From positions 62,001 through 126,000 of IMG/VR virus record IMGVR_UViG_3300033143_001962: a DNA stretch of 64,000 bases, one strand, 5' to 3'. Of the stretch, positions 9,642 to 18,605 are shown piece by piece (the first letter of the stretch is position 1; every line of letters starts with the position of its first letter). Under the pieces are notes generated by a model. The model ran no database searches. It saw nothing but the letters and a program-made list of their open reading frames with translations, and was not told where the DNA came from. Position numbers and translations under genes: made by a program.

Positions 9642-10966
9642 TGAATAAATTTTGTCTAGCACCATTCTTCCATACTTATATGTCACCACAGACAGAACGC
9701 CGCATGTGTTGTGCATCACGCGAACCAGCGCAGAACTTTAAACAGTACATAGATACTGATGAAGGAACAGGCGAGTACAATCCACTTACACTAGCAGAAC
9801 ACTGGAACAGTCCGCACATGATGTCAGTACGTAAACGTATGCTCGCAGGTGAAGAACTTCCAGAATGCGAAGTATGCAACGATAAGCTTTTAAATACAGA
9901 CGTCTATCGCAGCTACTTCCAGCACTTGTTTGAACATAAACGACAAGAAGCTATTGCTAAGACAGATGCAGACGGGTTTACAACATGTAATACAGTAAGT
10001 TGGGACTACAGATTTAGTAACTTGTGCAACTTCAAATGCCGTATGTGCGGAGACATGTTAAGCTCAGCGTGGGAAACTGAAGAACGCAATAACGATATGA
10101 TTAACTTCAATGATCCTAAAAACAATTGGATGCAACCTGAAGTTAGACAAAAAATTAGCAAGTTCCACGACTGGCAAGTACAAGAAGAATTCAGCGATGC
10201 AATCGAAGCACACTGCATGGAAGAGATATACTGGGTAGGTGGCGAACCTCTTATGATGGAAGAACACTGGCGCTTTATGTCACGCATAATTGAGCTAGGT
10301 GACGGTCCAGGACTGTACGCTCGATATAACACTAACTTATCCAGACTTAAGTACAAAGGTCTAGACTTGCGTACAATGTTGCCTAAGATACGTGACTGGC
10401 AAATTTGTGCAAGCATTGACGGAACAGGCGAAATTGGTGAGTACATACGTACTGGATTGGATTGGCCAATGTTCTTATCTAACTACCAAGAGATGCAGAC
10501 GATAGCAACGCACCCTAGACAAATGCGCTTAGACTTTACCCTTACACTACCTGGGTTATTCGAACTGAAAAATATGTTCAACTTAAGTAAAGACTTAAAT
10601 ACAATGATGCTTGCTAAAGTTACATTTGCATTCAGCCCAGACATTTTAATGTCACCGTTAGCATTGCCTAAACACATTTTACATAGAATTGTAAATGAGT
10701 TTTTAGACTATGCTGATAAAGAAGGCTACAATAACAATCAACAACCCCTAATAGATGTCTTGAAGAATCTACTTAGCAGACAAACCTTTAGAGAAGAGTG
10801 GGCTCCTGATTATATTGCAGGTGCAACAAAAGGCAAAGCACGAATATTAAAGCTTGAAGCAATTAGACCTGCTTCACTTACATTTGAAGACATACTTAGA
10901 AAGGATGATGAAGCACATGAGTGGTACACAGCCATTAGACACGATGGTAATAACATTACAGAATAG
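9641..10966 (+). CDS. Radical SAM protein with N-terminal twitch/SPASM-like domain (RS6)
   Basis: CNFKCRMC, WVGGEP; FCLAPF..MCCA, CEVCN. Confidence 0.9.
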   Translation: MNKFCLAPFFHTYMSPQTERRMCCASREPAQNFKQYIDTDEGTGEYNPLTLAEHWNSPHMMSVRKRMLAGEELPECEVCNDKLLNTDVYRSYFQHLFEHKRQEAIAKTDADGFTTCNTVSWDYRFSNLCNFKCRMCGDMLSSAWETEERNNDMINFNDPKNNWMQPEVRQKISKFHDWQVQEEFSDAIEAHCMEEIYWVGGEPLMMEEHWRFMSRIIELGDGPGLYARYNTNLSRLKYKGLDLRTMLPKIRDWQICASIDGTGEIGEYIRTGLDWPMFLSNYQEMQTIATHPRQMRLDFTLTLPGLFELKNMFNLSKDLNTMMLAKVTFAFSPDILMSPLALPKHILHRIVNEFLDYADKEGYNNNQQPLIDVLKNLLSRQTFREEWAPDYIAGATKGKARILKLEAIRPASLTFEDILRKDDEAHEWYTAIRHDGNNITE

Positions 10967-12002
10967 AGACACTGGTGATTTACTTCCAGTTTACATTGAT
11001 GTATTTAACGATGCATTAAGTACAAAGTGGTACGGCGCACTTAACGATATACTAGCAAAAGAATTACACTTAGAAAAGAACTATCAGTTCTTTGGTATTC
11101 CGCAGTACGAACGTAATGGTGATTACATCACTGATCAAATAAACGATTCAATACATGCAATAAATGATGCTAACTTAGGTTATCACATACACGATTGTTT
11201 TAGTATGGCAAACACTATACAGGACATCGATGGCGAAATAGGCGATAACCTCCCTGGTCGTAAACTAATACATCAACGTATGAATGATTTGCATAGATAT
11301 TTTGAAGACTTGCAGGGTACGTCCGGAAATATGTCTCCTTTTTATAATAAAGCAGATAAGTACACTCGCTGGCACATTAGGCAATTGAACTTGCTATGTC
11401 ACGAGTACGAAAGTTGGGTACTTAGTTACCGCAAACAAGAGTACGCTAAGGAATGGATGCGTCCGAGTCAGTTAATGTGCTTTTTAAATGCTCCACGCTT
11501 TGAATTGACAGCAGAAGATTACGAAAGTTTCGGTATCGAAACAATAGCTCGACCCTTAGGTGGTGTTTTTGTAGGTGTTAACAAAGCAGTAGGAAAACAT
11601 CACTGGGAAGTATTCCAAGATGAAGGCGGACGTAGCATAGATGAATTAACTACTTCAACATTGCGTTCACAGACAGAAGCAGCAGGAGACTTTGATATAG
11701 AATGGGCAAACAATCCAGGTGAATACGAGTTTATGAAAAAAGAATTAGCTGATTTTAAACAGTGGCTAATAAACAACAACTTTGATCCAGCCGATAAATC
11801 ACTAACAATTGGTCATCCACAAGTTGCTCAAGTTAACCTAAACCGTAGCTTTGGCACTGACGATTATGCTATAATATGGAAGCAGCTATTTAATCATTTA
11901 GATGTGTTCTCAATTGAAACCGAGGACAATAGAGTTGAGTTCGAATACAATTGGGATGATCTGGATTACAGAGAACAGCAAGTAGAGGCACTTAGTAAAT
12001 GA
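10944..12002 (+). CDS. Hypothetical protein, paralog of 29682..30527
   Basis: Shared LH(R/N)(Y/I)FE, LNL-x-x-H-x-x-E and G-x-V-(F/Y)...VGK motifs. Start moved to ATG 10944. Confidence 0.75.
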   Translation: MVITLQNRDTGDLLPVYIDVFNDALSTKWYGALNDILAKELHLEKNYQFFGIPQYERNGDYITDQINDSIHAINDANLGYHIHDCFSMANTIQDIDGEIGDNLPGRKLIHQRMNDLHRYFEDLQGTSGNMSPFYNKADKYTRWHIRQLNLLCHEYESWVLSYRKQEYAKEWMRPSQLMCFLNAPRFELTAEDYESFGIETIARPLGGVFVGVNKAVGKHHWEVFQDEGGRSIDELTTSTLRSQTEAAGDFDIEWANNPGEYEFMKKELADFKQWLINNNFDPADKSLTIGHPQVAQVNLNRSFGTDDYAIIWKQLFNHLDVFSIETEDNRVEFEYNWDDLDYREQQVEALSK

Positions 12003-12100
12003 AATGGCTTAAAAAGATGTGGAACAAAATTAAATTAGAACGACGTTATCGCAAAAAGCTTAAAGAGCTTAAGAAACGCGATCCGTTTATCTATAAATGA
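11999..12100 (+). CDS. 33-aa highly basic peptide MKWLKKMWNKIKLERRYRKKLKELKKRDPFIYK
   Basis: Translated by hand; ATGA overlaps at both ends. Below the ORF-track cut-off. Confidence 0.75.
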   Translation: MKWLKKMWNKIKLERRYRKKLKELKKRDPFIYK

Positions 12101-12276
12101 CACACGCACAAGAAACAAACCCGTGCGTTGGCTGCATGATTATCGATGAATGTACTGGTTACTGTACTGGTTGCTTTCGATCAGAATCTGAAATAGGATC
12201 TTGGGATAGCTTTACTGACATTACCCGCAATTCAATATTAAGTGTACTAGGAGTACGAAGAAGAGACAATGGCTAA
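12097..12276 (+). CDS. DUF1289-like Cys-rich small protein (59 aa)
   Basis: MTHAQETNPCVGCMIIDECTGYCTGCFRSESEIGSWDSFTDITRNSIL fits the PC-x-G...C-x-GC-x-R-x-x-x-EI-x-x-W pattern; overlaps both neighbours. Confidence 0.7.
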   Translation: MTHAQETNPCVGCMIIDECTGYCTGCFRSESEIGSWDSFTDITRNSILSVLGVRRRDNG

Positions 12277-13777
12277 TATATTAGGAATAAGTGCAGGCTT
12301 CCACGACGCAGGTCTGGCAGTAGTTGATAGTGAAACAGGACTAATTAAATTTGCAGGACACAGCGAACGCTTCAGTAAGAAGAAGCATGACGCTAAAATA
12401 TGTCCTGAGATACTTGAGTACGCAAAAGGGCTAGGCCCAATTAGTACTATAGCGTACTACGAGAATCACTTGAAGAAGAATTTACGTATGTGGCGCGCAG
12501 GACAGAAGATAGAAAACTTTAACTGGACTCTGAAGAGTGAACTTAAACAACACTTGCCTGACAATGAAGTACTTCTTGAAGGTGCAAACCTTAAAAGCTA
12601 CGACCACCACAAGTCACATGCCGCAGCAGGATTTCAAACAAGCCCGTACGATGCAGCGACAGTAGTGGTAATAGATGCTATAGGTGAGTTTGATACTATT
12701 AGTATTTGGAATGCAAAGTACGATAAGAATGGCTTTGCAAAGTACAAGAAGGTATGGAGTCAAGGATATCCTCATAGCATTGGATTATTTTACAGTGCAG
12801 TAACAGGCAGCGTAGGCTTACGTCCAATGGACGAGGAATACATTTTAATGGGCATGGCTGCATACGGTAGCCCGCGCCAAAGTATTAAAAAGATACGTAG
12901 AGAATTAATCACATCAGTAAAGCCACCTAAGTTTAAAGAAAACTTGCACATAGGTATAGAACAAGATTCGTTAGAAGACTCACGCATAGACAAGTACGAT
13001 GTAGCAGCAGGCGCACAATTCCTAGTAGAAGAAATGATTGAAGGTATCATGGAAAAGTCTAAGCAGTACGATAACACAGGCAACTTAGTGTACATGGGTG
13101 GAGTGGCATTAAATTGTAGTGCTAATAAGTACCTCGGACAGTACTACGATAATATTTGGATTATGCCTAACCCAGGCGATGCAGGCAGTAGCTTAGGCGC
13201 AGCCGCATTAGCTTACGGTAAGAAAGTATTGTTCGGTGATGCATTCTTAGGGTATAATATTATAAGTGATGGCTATCCCGTAGACGCAATAATTAAAGAA
13301 TTACTTAGCACTAAAATTGCAGGTGTTGCTAACGGTAAAGCAGAGTTCGGACCACGCGCACTAGGTAATAGAAGCTTACTTGCAGACCCTAGAGGTAATG
13401 ATATTAAAGATAAAGTAAACGAAATTAAACAACGTCAAAAGTTCCGCCCGTTTGCGCCTGTGATATTAGAGGAACATGTGCATGACTACTTTGTAATGCC
13501 GGACGGATTCGAAACAAGTCCGTACATGCAAGTCACCGCTAAGTGCAAAGCACCTAAAGAGTTCCCTGCTATTGTACACCACGATGGTACAAGTAGAGTT
13601 CAAACTGTTCCTAAAGACAGAACAGGTATTAGAAAGCTATTGGAAAAGTGGTACGAGGAAACAGGATGTCCTATGTTACTTAATACTTCGTTGAATGTTA
13701 GGGGCGAACCTATAGTAAACGATGTGCATGACGCACATAGATTTGAACAGCATTACGGAGTAAAGGTATTTTCTTAA
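12269..13777 (+). CDS. O-carbamoyltransferase (NodU/CmcH/TobZ family)
   Basis: Kae1-like N-domain (FHDAG, HHKSHAAAG, VIDAIGE) and YrdC-like C-domain (EFGPRALGNRSLLADPR, FRPFAP, HHDGTSRVQTV, LLNTSLNVRGEP). Confidence 0.95.
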   Translation: MANILGISAGFHDAGLAVVDSETGLIKFAGHSERFSKKKHDAKICPEILEYAKGLGPISTIAYYENHLKKNLRMWRAGQKIENFNWTLKSELKQHLPDNEVLLEGANLKSYDHHKSHAAAGFQTSPYDAATVVVIDAIGEFDTISIWNAKYDKNGFAKYKKVWSQGYPHSIGLFYSAVTGSVGLRPMDEEYILMGMAAYGSPRQSIKKIRRELITSVKPPKFKENLHIGIEQDSLEDSRIDKYDVAAGAQFLVEEMIEGIMEKSKQYDNTGNLVYMGGVALNCSANKYLGQYYDNIWIMPNPGDAGSSLGAAALAYGKKVLFGDAFLGYNIISDGYPVDAIIKELLSTKIAGVANGKAEFGPRALGNRSLLADPRGNDIKDKVNEIKQRQKFRPFAPVILEEHVHDYFVMPDGFETSPYMQVTAKCKAPKEFPAIVHHDGTSRVQTVPKDRTGIRKLLEKWYEETGCPMLLNTSLNVRGEPIVNDVHDAHRFEQHYGVKVFS

Positions 13778-15397
13778 ATGTTCGATATATTTACATTGAC
13801 ATCTTATCCGGGTGCTACTAAGGTAAATAGCATCAATGAAGCGCAAGAACTCACAAAGACTAGGTACTGCTGGATACTTGATGATCGCAATGATTACAGT
13901 AACTTTGATTTCCTATGGGAGCCGGCACCCTGGGAGGCTAATCAGTCGCACGTCTGGCCTAGCCAACATCAAGAGAACGGCGGTACTAGATTAGTACCTA
14001 AGCAAAAGTACACAGATACAAATTACCACACTGAAGAAATACCCAGAACACGCTTTCCTAAAATTGTACACTTAGATCACGGCAATGGCTTTGACCCATG
14101 GCTCGCACCTACAACCGGAATGTACTTGCTAGAACGATCACGTTTTATTAACGACTACTTAGGTACATTGAAACGTGTAGTACAGAAGAATATTGATTGT
14201 GGTCACTTATGGGTGATAAGCTCAGTTTGTAGTTATAGAGATTTTGACTTTACGTGGCATCCTAGTGAATGGCAACAAGATATGTTGCATGTGTTTCCTA
14301 GTAATGAACAAAAGTTTGGTGACACATTCTTAATTAACGTAGAAGACTTTTTAAAACAAAGCAAAGCCTTAGAACTGCTCGAATGGTACGACACTATTTG
14401 TTTCCAAGATACTATTGTACACCGCGCAACTCCATCTATGTACTTACATCAACACGATAATCAAGTTGACGCAATGAAGTCAGCTATTTTTCAGAAGATA
14501 GAAGACCCAAGTGAATTCAACGATCCTGTTACATTGTTTACAACTTCAATTGAAGGGTTCGACGACGGAACTATTCCTACAATTAACTTATGGCGCCCCG
14601 AGACAAGAGCTATTACTCCGTTAGACAAAGGTGCCAAGCGTGTACTTGTGCCGAGAGAAGCATTAACTGAAGTACATGATCAGTTATACGATTACAAGTA
14701 CATAGATAAAAGTCATAATGACGATTACAAGTCTTCCCCAATTGATATTGTGTTTATGAGTAACGGCGAATCATGTGCGCAAGAGAACTACGATCGATTA
14801 TGCGAAGTTGCTGACGGTTACGAGATACACTGGGTTAAAGATGTTGAAGGGCGTATTGCGTCAGCACGTGAAGCAGCCAGAGTTTCAAACACTGATTGGT
14901 TCTTTTCTGTCAATGCTAAACTTAAAGTAGATAGAGACTTTGATTGGGACTGGCAACCCGATTGTATGCAAGCCGCAAAGCATTATATATTTTATGCATA
15001 TAATCCATTAACTGATGATACGTACGGACACATGGCAACTATAGCCTGGAATAAGAATTTAGTTAACACTGATACTGACTGGGGCTTAGACTTTACAATG
15101 AGTCACGAGCACGAAGTTATTCCTGTACTCTCGGGAGAAGCTATATACGCAGACGAACCTTGGGCAGCATGGAGAACAGCATTCCGTGAAGTTATAAAGT
15201 TACAGTTAGATGATGGTATGGAATCGTCTTTGCACTTAAAGAAGTGGCTCGCTGCGAATGATGAATGGACAGCTAAAGGTGCTAATGATGCAGTTGATTT
15301 CTTTAAGACTTCAAACGGTGATATGGATAAGTTGTTGTTAAGCTTTGACTGGGAATGGTTAGCTAAGTACTATTATATTAAATATATAACGTACTAG
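13778..15397 (+). CDS. Glycosyltransferase-like (GT-A) protein with three internal repeats
   Basis: DIVFMSNGE..AQENY, WRTAFREVIKL; repeated FDF-x-W-x-P...HV(W/F)PS unit. Confidence 0.55.
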   Translation: MFDIFTLTSYPGATKVNSINEAQELTKTRYCWILDDRNDYSNFDFLWEPAPWEANQSHVWPSQHQENGGTRLVPKQKYTDTNYHTEEIPRTRFPKIVHLDHGNGFDPWLAPTTGMYLLERSRFINDYLGTLKRVVQKNIDCGHLWVISSVCSYRDFDFTWHPSEWQQDMLHVFPSNEQKFGDTFLINVEDFLKQSKALELLEWYDTICFQDTIVHRATPSMYLHQHDNQVDAMKSAIFQKIEDPSEFNDPVTLFTTSIEGFDDGTIPTINLWRPETRAITPLDKGAKRVLVPREALTEVHDQLYDYKYIDKSHNDDYKSSPIDIVFMSNGESCAQENYDRLCEVADGYEIHWVKDVEGRIASAREAARVSNTDWFFSVNAKLKVDRDFDWDWQPDCMQAAKHYIFYAYNPLTDDTYGHMATIAWNKNLVNTDTDWGLDFTMSHEHEVIPVLSGEAIYADEPWAAWRTAFREVIKLQLDDGMESSLHLKKWLAANDEWTAKGANDAVDFFKTSNGDMDKLLLSFDWEWLAKYYYIKYITY

Positions 15398-15418
15398 TAA
15401 CAATACGCTGGTTCTTTA

Positions 15419-15453
15419 GACTTACAAGCCCTATTTGCTGTAAGTCATTGAAT
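15419..15453. terminator. Imperfect hairpin at the convergence of two operons, overlapping an IHF-like site
   Basis: GACTTACA(A)GC...GCTGTAAGTC inverted repeat (15419-15446); TAAGTCATTGAAT (15441-15453) is one mismatch from the other sites. Confidence 0.4.
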
Positions 15454-15507
15454 AATAAGTAGTTGTTGTTTTGAGTATGTTATAATATAGCTATAAGAAT
15501 CAATGAC

Positions 15508-16536
15508 TTACACAGCCATGTCAGCTTTAATAGCAGGATGATGATTGTAACCTACAAGCTCGAAGTCGTCCATTGTGAAATCAAAAATGCTTTTAACACC
15601 TTTGTTTATATGCAGTTGTGTATCACCGTATGCGTACGGCTTGCGTGTTAACTGTTCTTTAACTTGATCGATGTGATTATTGTAAATGTGTGCATCGCCT
15701 ATAACATGCTTGAACTCACCTACGTCTAAATTGCAAACTTGCGCTATCATATGTGTTAACAATGAATAACTTGCAATATTAAACGGTACGCCTAAAAACA
15801 TATCCGCACTGCGTTGATACATTTGACAACTTAATTTACTAGTAGGAAGCTCTAATTCTTGTAGTACGTGTTCAGTTTTAATTTTACCTTCGTACAATGC
15901 ATCAAGTCTGTTACGACCGCCTTCATCAAATGTACTGCGGTACTTTCTGTATGAATGATTCATATCATCTTGTGTCATTTTACTAACATAGAACTGTGCA
16001 AGTAAGTGACAAGGTGGTAATGCCATGTTATCTATCTCACCTGGGTTCCAAGCTGTAAGTATGTGTCGTCGACTATAAGGATCGTTTTTAATACCATCTA
16101 TTAGATTAGTAATTTGATCAGTGTATGTTATGCGCCCTACTTCAAGTCCATCTTCATTGTGTGATAAAGATTTAAATGAAGGCCAAGTACGCCATTGCAC
16201 TCCGTATACACTTCCTAAGTCACCTTCGAACTTAGCTTTCTTTTTCCAATAATCTGCATCTGCATTTGCAGACCAAATAGTTTTCTTAGGGGTATCTCTA
16301 TCACCGTAGAGTATTTCGGCAAGTCTGCGCTCATCACCACTACCTTCCAAGAACCACAGTAGTTCACTGACTACACTTTTCCAAGCAAGCCTTTTAGTAG
16401 TTACAGCAGGAAAACCATGCGCTAAGTTGTAGTCTGAGTTCATACCGAATACACTTAACGTACCAGTGCCAGTTCTATCACCACGCTCTTCGCCAGAGTC
16501 TAATACATGCTGTAAGTTAAATTTATATGCGTCCAT
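15508..16536 (-). CDS. thyA: Thymidylate synthase
   Basis: DRTGTGT, FPAVTTKR, GSVYGVQWR, AWNP..MALPPCH, YQRSADMFLGVPFNIASY, GDAHIY; about 50-aa in-frame insertion after QFYV. Confidence 0.98.
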   Translation of the reverse strand: MDAYKFNLQHVLDSGEERGDRTGTGTLSVFGMNSDYNLAHGFPAVTTKRLAWKSVVSELLWFLEGSGDERRLAEILYGDRDTPKKTIWSANADADYWKKKAKFEGDLGSVYGVQWRTWPSFKSLSHNEDGLEVGRITYTDQITNLIDGIKNDPYSRRHILTAWNPGEIDNMALPPCHLLAQFYVSKMTQDDMNHSYRKYRSTFDEGGRNRLDALYEGKIKTEHVLQELELPTSKLSCQMYQRSADMFLGVPFNIASYSLLTHMIAQVCNLDVGEFKHVIGDAHIYNNHIDQVKEQLTRKPYAYGDTQLHINKGVKSIFDFTMDDFELVGYNHHPAIKADMAV

Positions 16537-16995
16537 TTATTTTCGTACCCATATTTCGTAAGTGTGCGTTAAACATAACTGTGAACGTGTAAGCTCGAAG
16601 TCTGTTTCTAATCTATCTAAATCAAAAAACGTATCACATTCGTATGCGTCTTTAAGTCTAGTTAAGTGTATCTCGTCGATACCTACCCAGAGATTATCAA
16701 TTAAATTTGCACCACCTATCACCCAATCAATATTGAGTAAGTCAGTGACAGCAAGTTCTTTAATTTGTTCTACACCCTCAGGTAAGTCCAAATCTGAACT
16801 ACTTGCTACAATGTTTTTCCTATTTGGAAGTGGTTTAGGCATACCGGTTGATTCCCATGTGCCTCTACCCATTAAAATAGTTGTATCGAGTGTTAAGTCT
16901 TTAAACCGTTGTAAATCTTTTGATTGTTTAGGCCAAGGCATCGACCCTTCAAAGCCGATGCCCCCATTCTTTTCTACTGCTAAGATTGCTTTCAT
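16537..16995 (-). CDS. folA: Dihydrofolate reductase
   Basis: GGIG..MPW, DLQRFK, MGRGTWES, KPLPNRKNIV, VIGGA, CDTFF; abuts thyA. Confidence 0.95.
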   Translation of the reverse strand: MKAILAVEKNGGIGFEGSMPWPKQSKDLQRFKDLTLDTTILMGRGTWESTGMPKPLPNRKNIVASSSDLDLPEGVEQIKELAVTDLLNIDWVIGGANLIDNLWVGIDEIHLTRLKDAYECDTFFDLDRLETDFELTRSQLCLTHTYEIWVRK

Positions 16996-17312
16996 TATAG
17001 ACCTTTAAGCATTCGCTTAGTTTCTTTTTGAACAGTTCTTGCTACGTGTGCTATGTTAAGATCAAAATCCATAGTTCTTATATTTGTGTAGTACTCGTTG
17101 AGTGTTTCGTTAACAATGTCTTCGATTAAATCATCGCTGTAACCTATTGCTTTGTACTTGCTTACATCGATTAATAATGAGTCTTTGCCGTCTTCTGGTA
17201 CTGAGAACAAAAGATTAATACCATCAACAAATTCAAGTGGTATGTCGAATTTGTCAACGGTACTGATCAACGATTCCCAATCACTTAACGAGTCAGTAAT
17301 TGTAAGATCCAT
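16995..17312 (-). CDS. Acidic hypothetical protein
   Basis: 105-aa ORF coupled to both neighbours by overlaps. Confidence 0.7.
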   Translation of the reverse strand: MDLTITDSLSDWESLISTVDKFDIPLEFVDGINLLFSVPEDGKDSLLIDVSKYKAIGYSDDLIEDIVNETLNEYYTNIRTMDFDLNIAHVARTVQKETKRMLKGL

Positions 17313-17962
17313 TAAACTTTCTTCTTAGCTGTCTTCTTCTTAGCTTTCTTCTTAGCTTTCTTCTTAGGAGCTAGTGCTTTTGCTTCCGCTTTTAAACGTT
17401 TGCTTTCTGCAACTAAGCCCTTAGCTTCGTTAGCCATTTGATCAGCTTGAGCATTTAAGTTAGTGATCATTGAATCATTATCTAAATTCTCTACAGAGAT
17501 AGTAGAAGCAGTTGCAGTTGTAGTTGCATTTTGCTGAACACGATTCGCTTTTGGATCGACTAAGCCTAAGCTTTCGTCTAACTTCTTCATCTTCTCAGCA
17601 GCTTCACCACCAGCTTCAACACCATCAAAGATTTCGTTAAGCTCGTCTAAACGTACAGCTGAAGTAGCATTAGGTGTAACAATAATTTCACTTGTTTTAA
17701 CCTTTTTAATCATGCCTTCTTTGTGTAACGTTTGAAGAATTTGTCTACCATCTGGTAACAAGTTTCTAGAAAGTGCGTCAGCTAACTCAGTAGCGTCCTG
17801 CCCTTCTGGACTTTCAATGACACGCATAATTGCGTCATGAATACCAGCTTGTAATGTTTGCGGATAACATACAAGCGCCATATGCTCTTCACCTGGTACA
17901 GTTCTAAAAACAATAGCAACCTTACGATCGCCGTGCTTTCCTATATGCTTAATAAATGGCAT
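17312..17962 (-). CDS. Hypothetical protein with coiled coil and Lys/Ala-rich (histone H1-like) tail
   Basis: Ends PKKKAKKKAKKKTAKKKV. Confidence 0.75.
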   Translation of the reverse strand: MPFIKHIGKHGDRKVAIVFRTVPGEEHMALVCYPQTLQAGIHDAIMRVIESPEGQDATELADALSRNLLPDGRQILQTLHKEGMIKKVKTSEIIVTPNATSAVRLDELNEIFDGVEAGGEAAEKMKKLDESLGLVDPKANRVQQNATTTATASTISVENLDNDSMITNLNAQADQMANEAKGLVAESKRLKAEAKALAPKKKAKKKAKKKTAKKKV

Positions 17963-17966
17963 AATC

Positions 17967-18260
17967 TTACTCCTCAGTTGTAGCTTCTTCTTCCGCTACT
18001 TCGTCAGTTGTTTCTTCAGTGACAGCTGGAGCTGGAACAACACTTGCAATAAAGTTATTTAAGCGAGTGTAAGTTGCGCCTACTACTGTAAATTCGTTTG
18101 TACGGAAGGCACCACGTTGGCTAGCAACATCGATAATGTTACGTAGGTTAGCTAAGTCTTGAATACTTAGGCTCGCAACATCATTTGAAACTACTTCTTC
18201 TGTAGATTCAGTAGCTTCTTCAACTACTGCTTCTTGTGTATCTTGTGTATCGTCAATCAT
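17967..18260 (-). CDS. Acidic small phage protein
   Basis: Core LSIQDLANLRNIIDVASQRGAF between Glu/Thr-rich ends; SD GAGG. Confidence 0.75.
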   Translation of the reverse strand: MIDDTQDTQEAVVEEATESTEEVVSNDVASLSIQDLANLRNIIDVASQRGAFRTNEFTVVGATYTRLNNFIASVVPAPAVTEETTDEVAEEEATTEE

Positions 18261-18293
18261 TTATATATTCCTCTTTGTGTTATATAACAGCAG

Positions 18294-18299
18294 TATTTA
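18294..18299 (-). promoter_or_regulatory. Putative T4-type late promoter TAAATA
   Basis: TAAATA about 35 nt upstream of the 18260 start, in an intergenic gap. Confidence 0.45.
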
Positions 18300-18337
18300 A
18301 CCACCGTTAAAGAGGGTATATAATTTCAGGAACCAAA

Positions 18338-18595
18338 TTAGCTATAGAACATTGCGTACATAGTAGCTTCTGCAGGATCCTCAAAGCCGATTAACATATC
18401 GTTACGCATAAATGACATCGCGCCACCACCTTCAACATCCTGCTTTTCTTCAATAGCAAAGCGACTAACAGTAGTTCTCTCTGACCACTTGAGTGTATCA
18501 CCTACGTCTCCTTTAAGGGGCATAGTGACAAAGTGCTCAGGAATGTAATCCAAGTACCGTAAGTTGAACCAATCTAATGGGTTTATATCTTTCAT
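18338..18595 (-). CDS. Small 'FED..DA..F' family protein
   Basis: Ends IGFEDPAEATMYAMFYS. Confidence 0.7.
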   Translation of the reverse strand: MKDINPLDWFNLRYLDYIPEHFVTMPLKGDVGDTLKWSERTTVSRFAIEEKQDVEGGGAMSFMRNDMLIGFEDPAEATMYAMFYS

Positions 18596-18605
18596 CGTTT
18601 AAATC

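Noticed and set aside
708-10966. Calling the radical SAMs MoaA, PqqE, anSME or QueE
   Set aside because: The domain order is reversed and none of the expected partner genes (moa, pqq, sulfatase, que) is present.
15840-15990. thyA insertion as an intein or group I intron
   Set aside because: It is only about 50 aa, in frame, with no C/S...HN splice residues or endonuclease motif.
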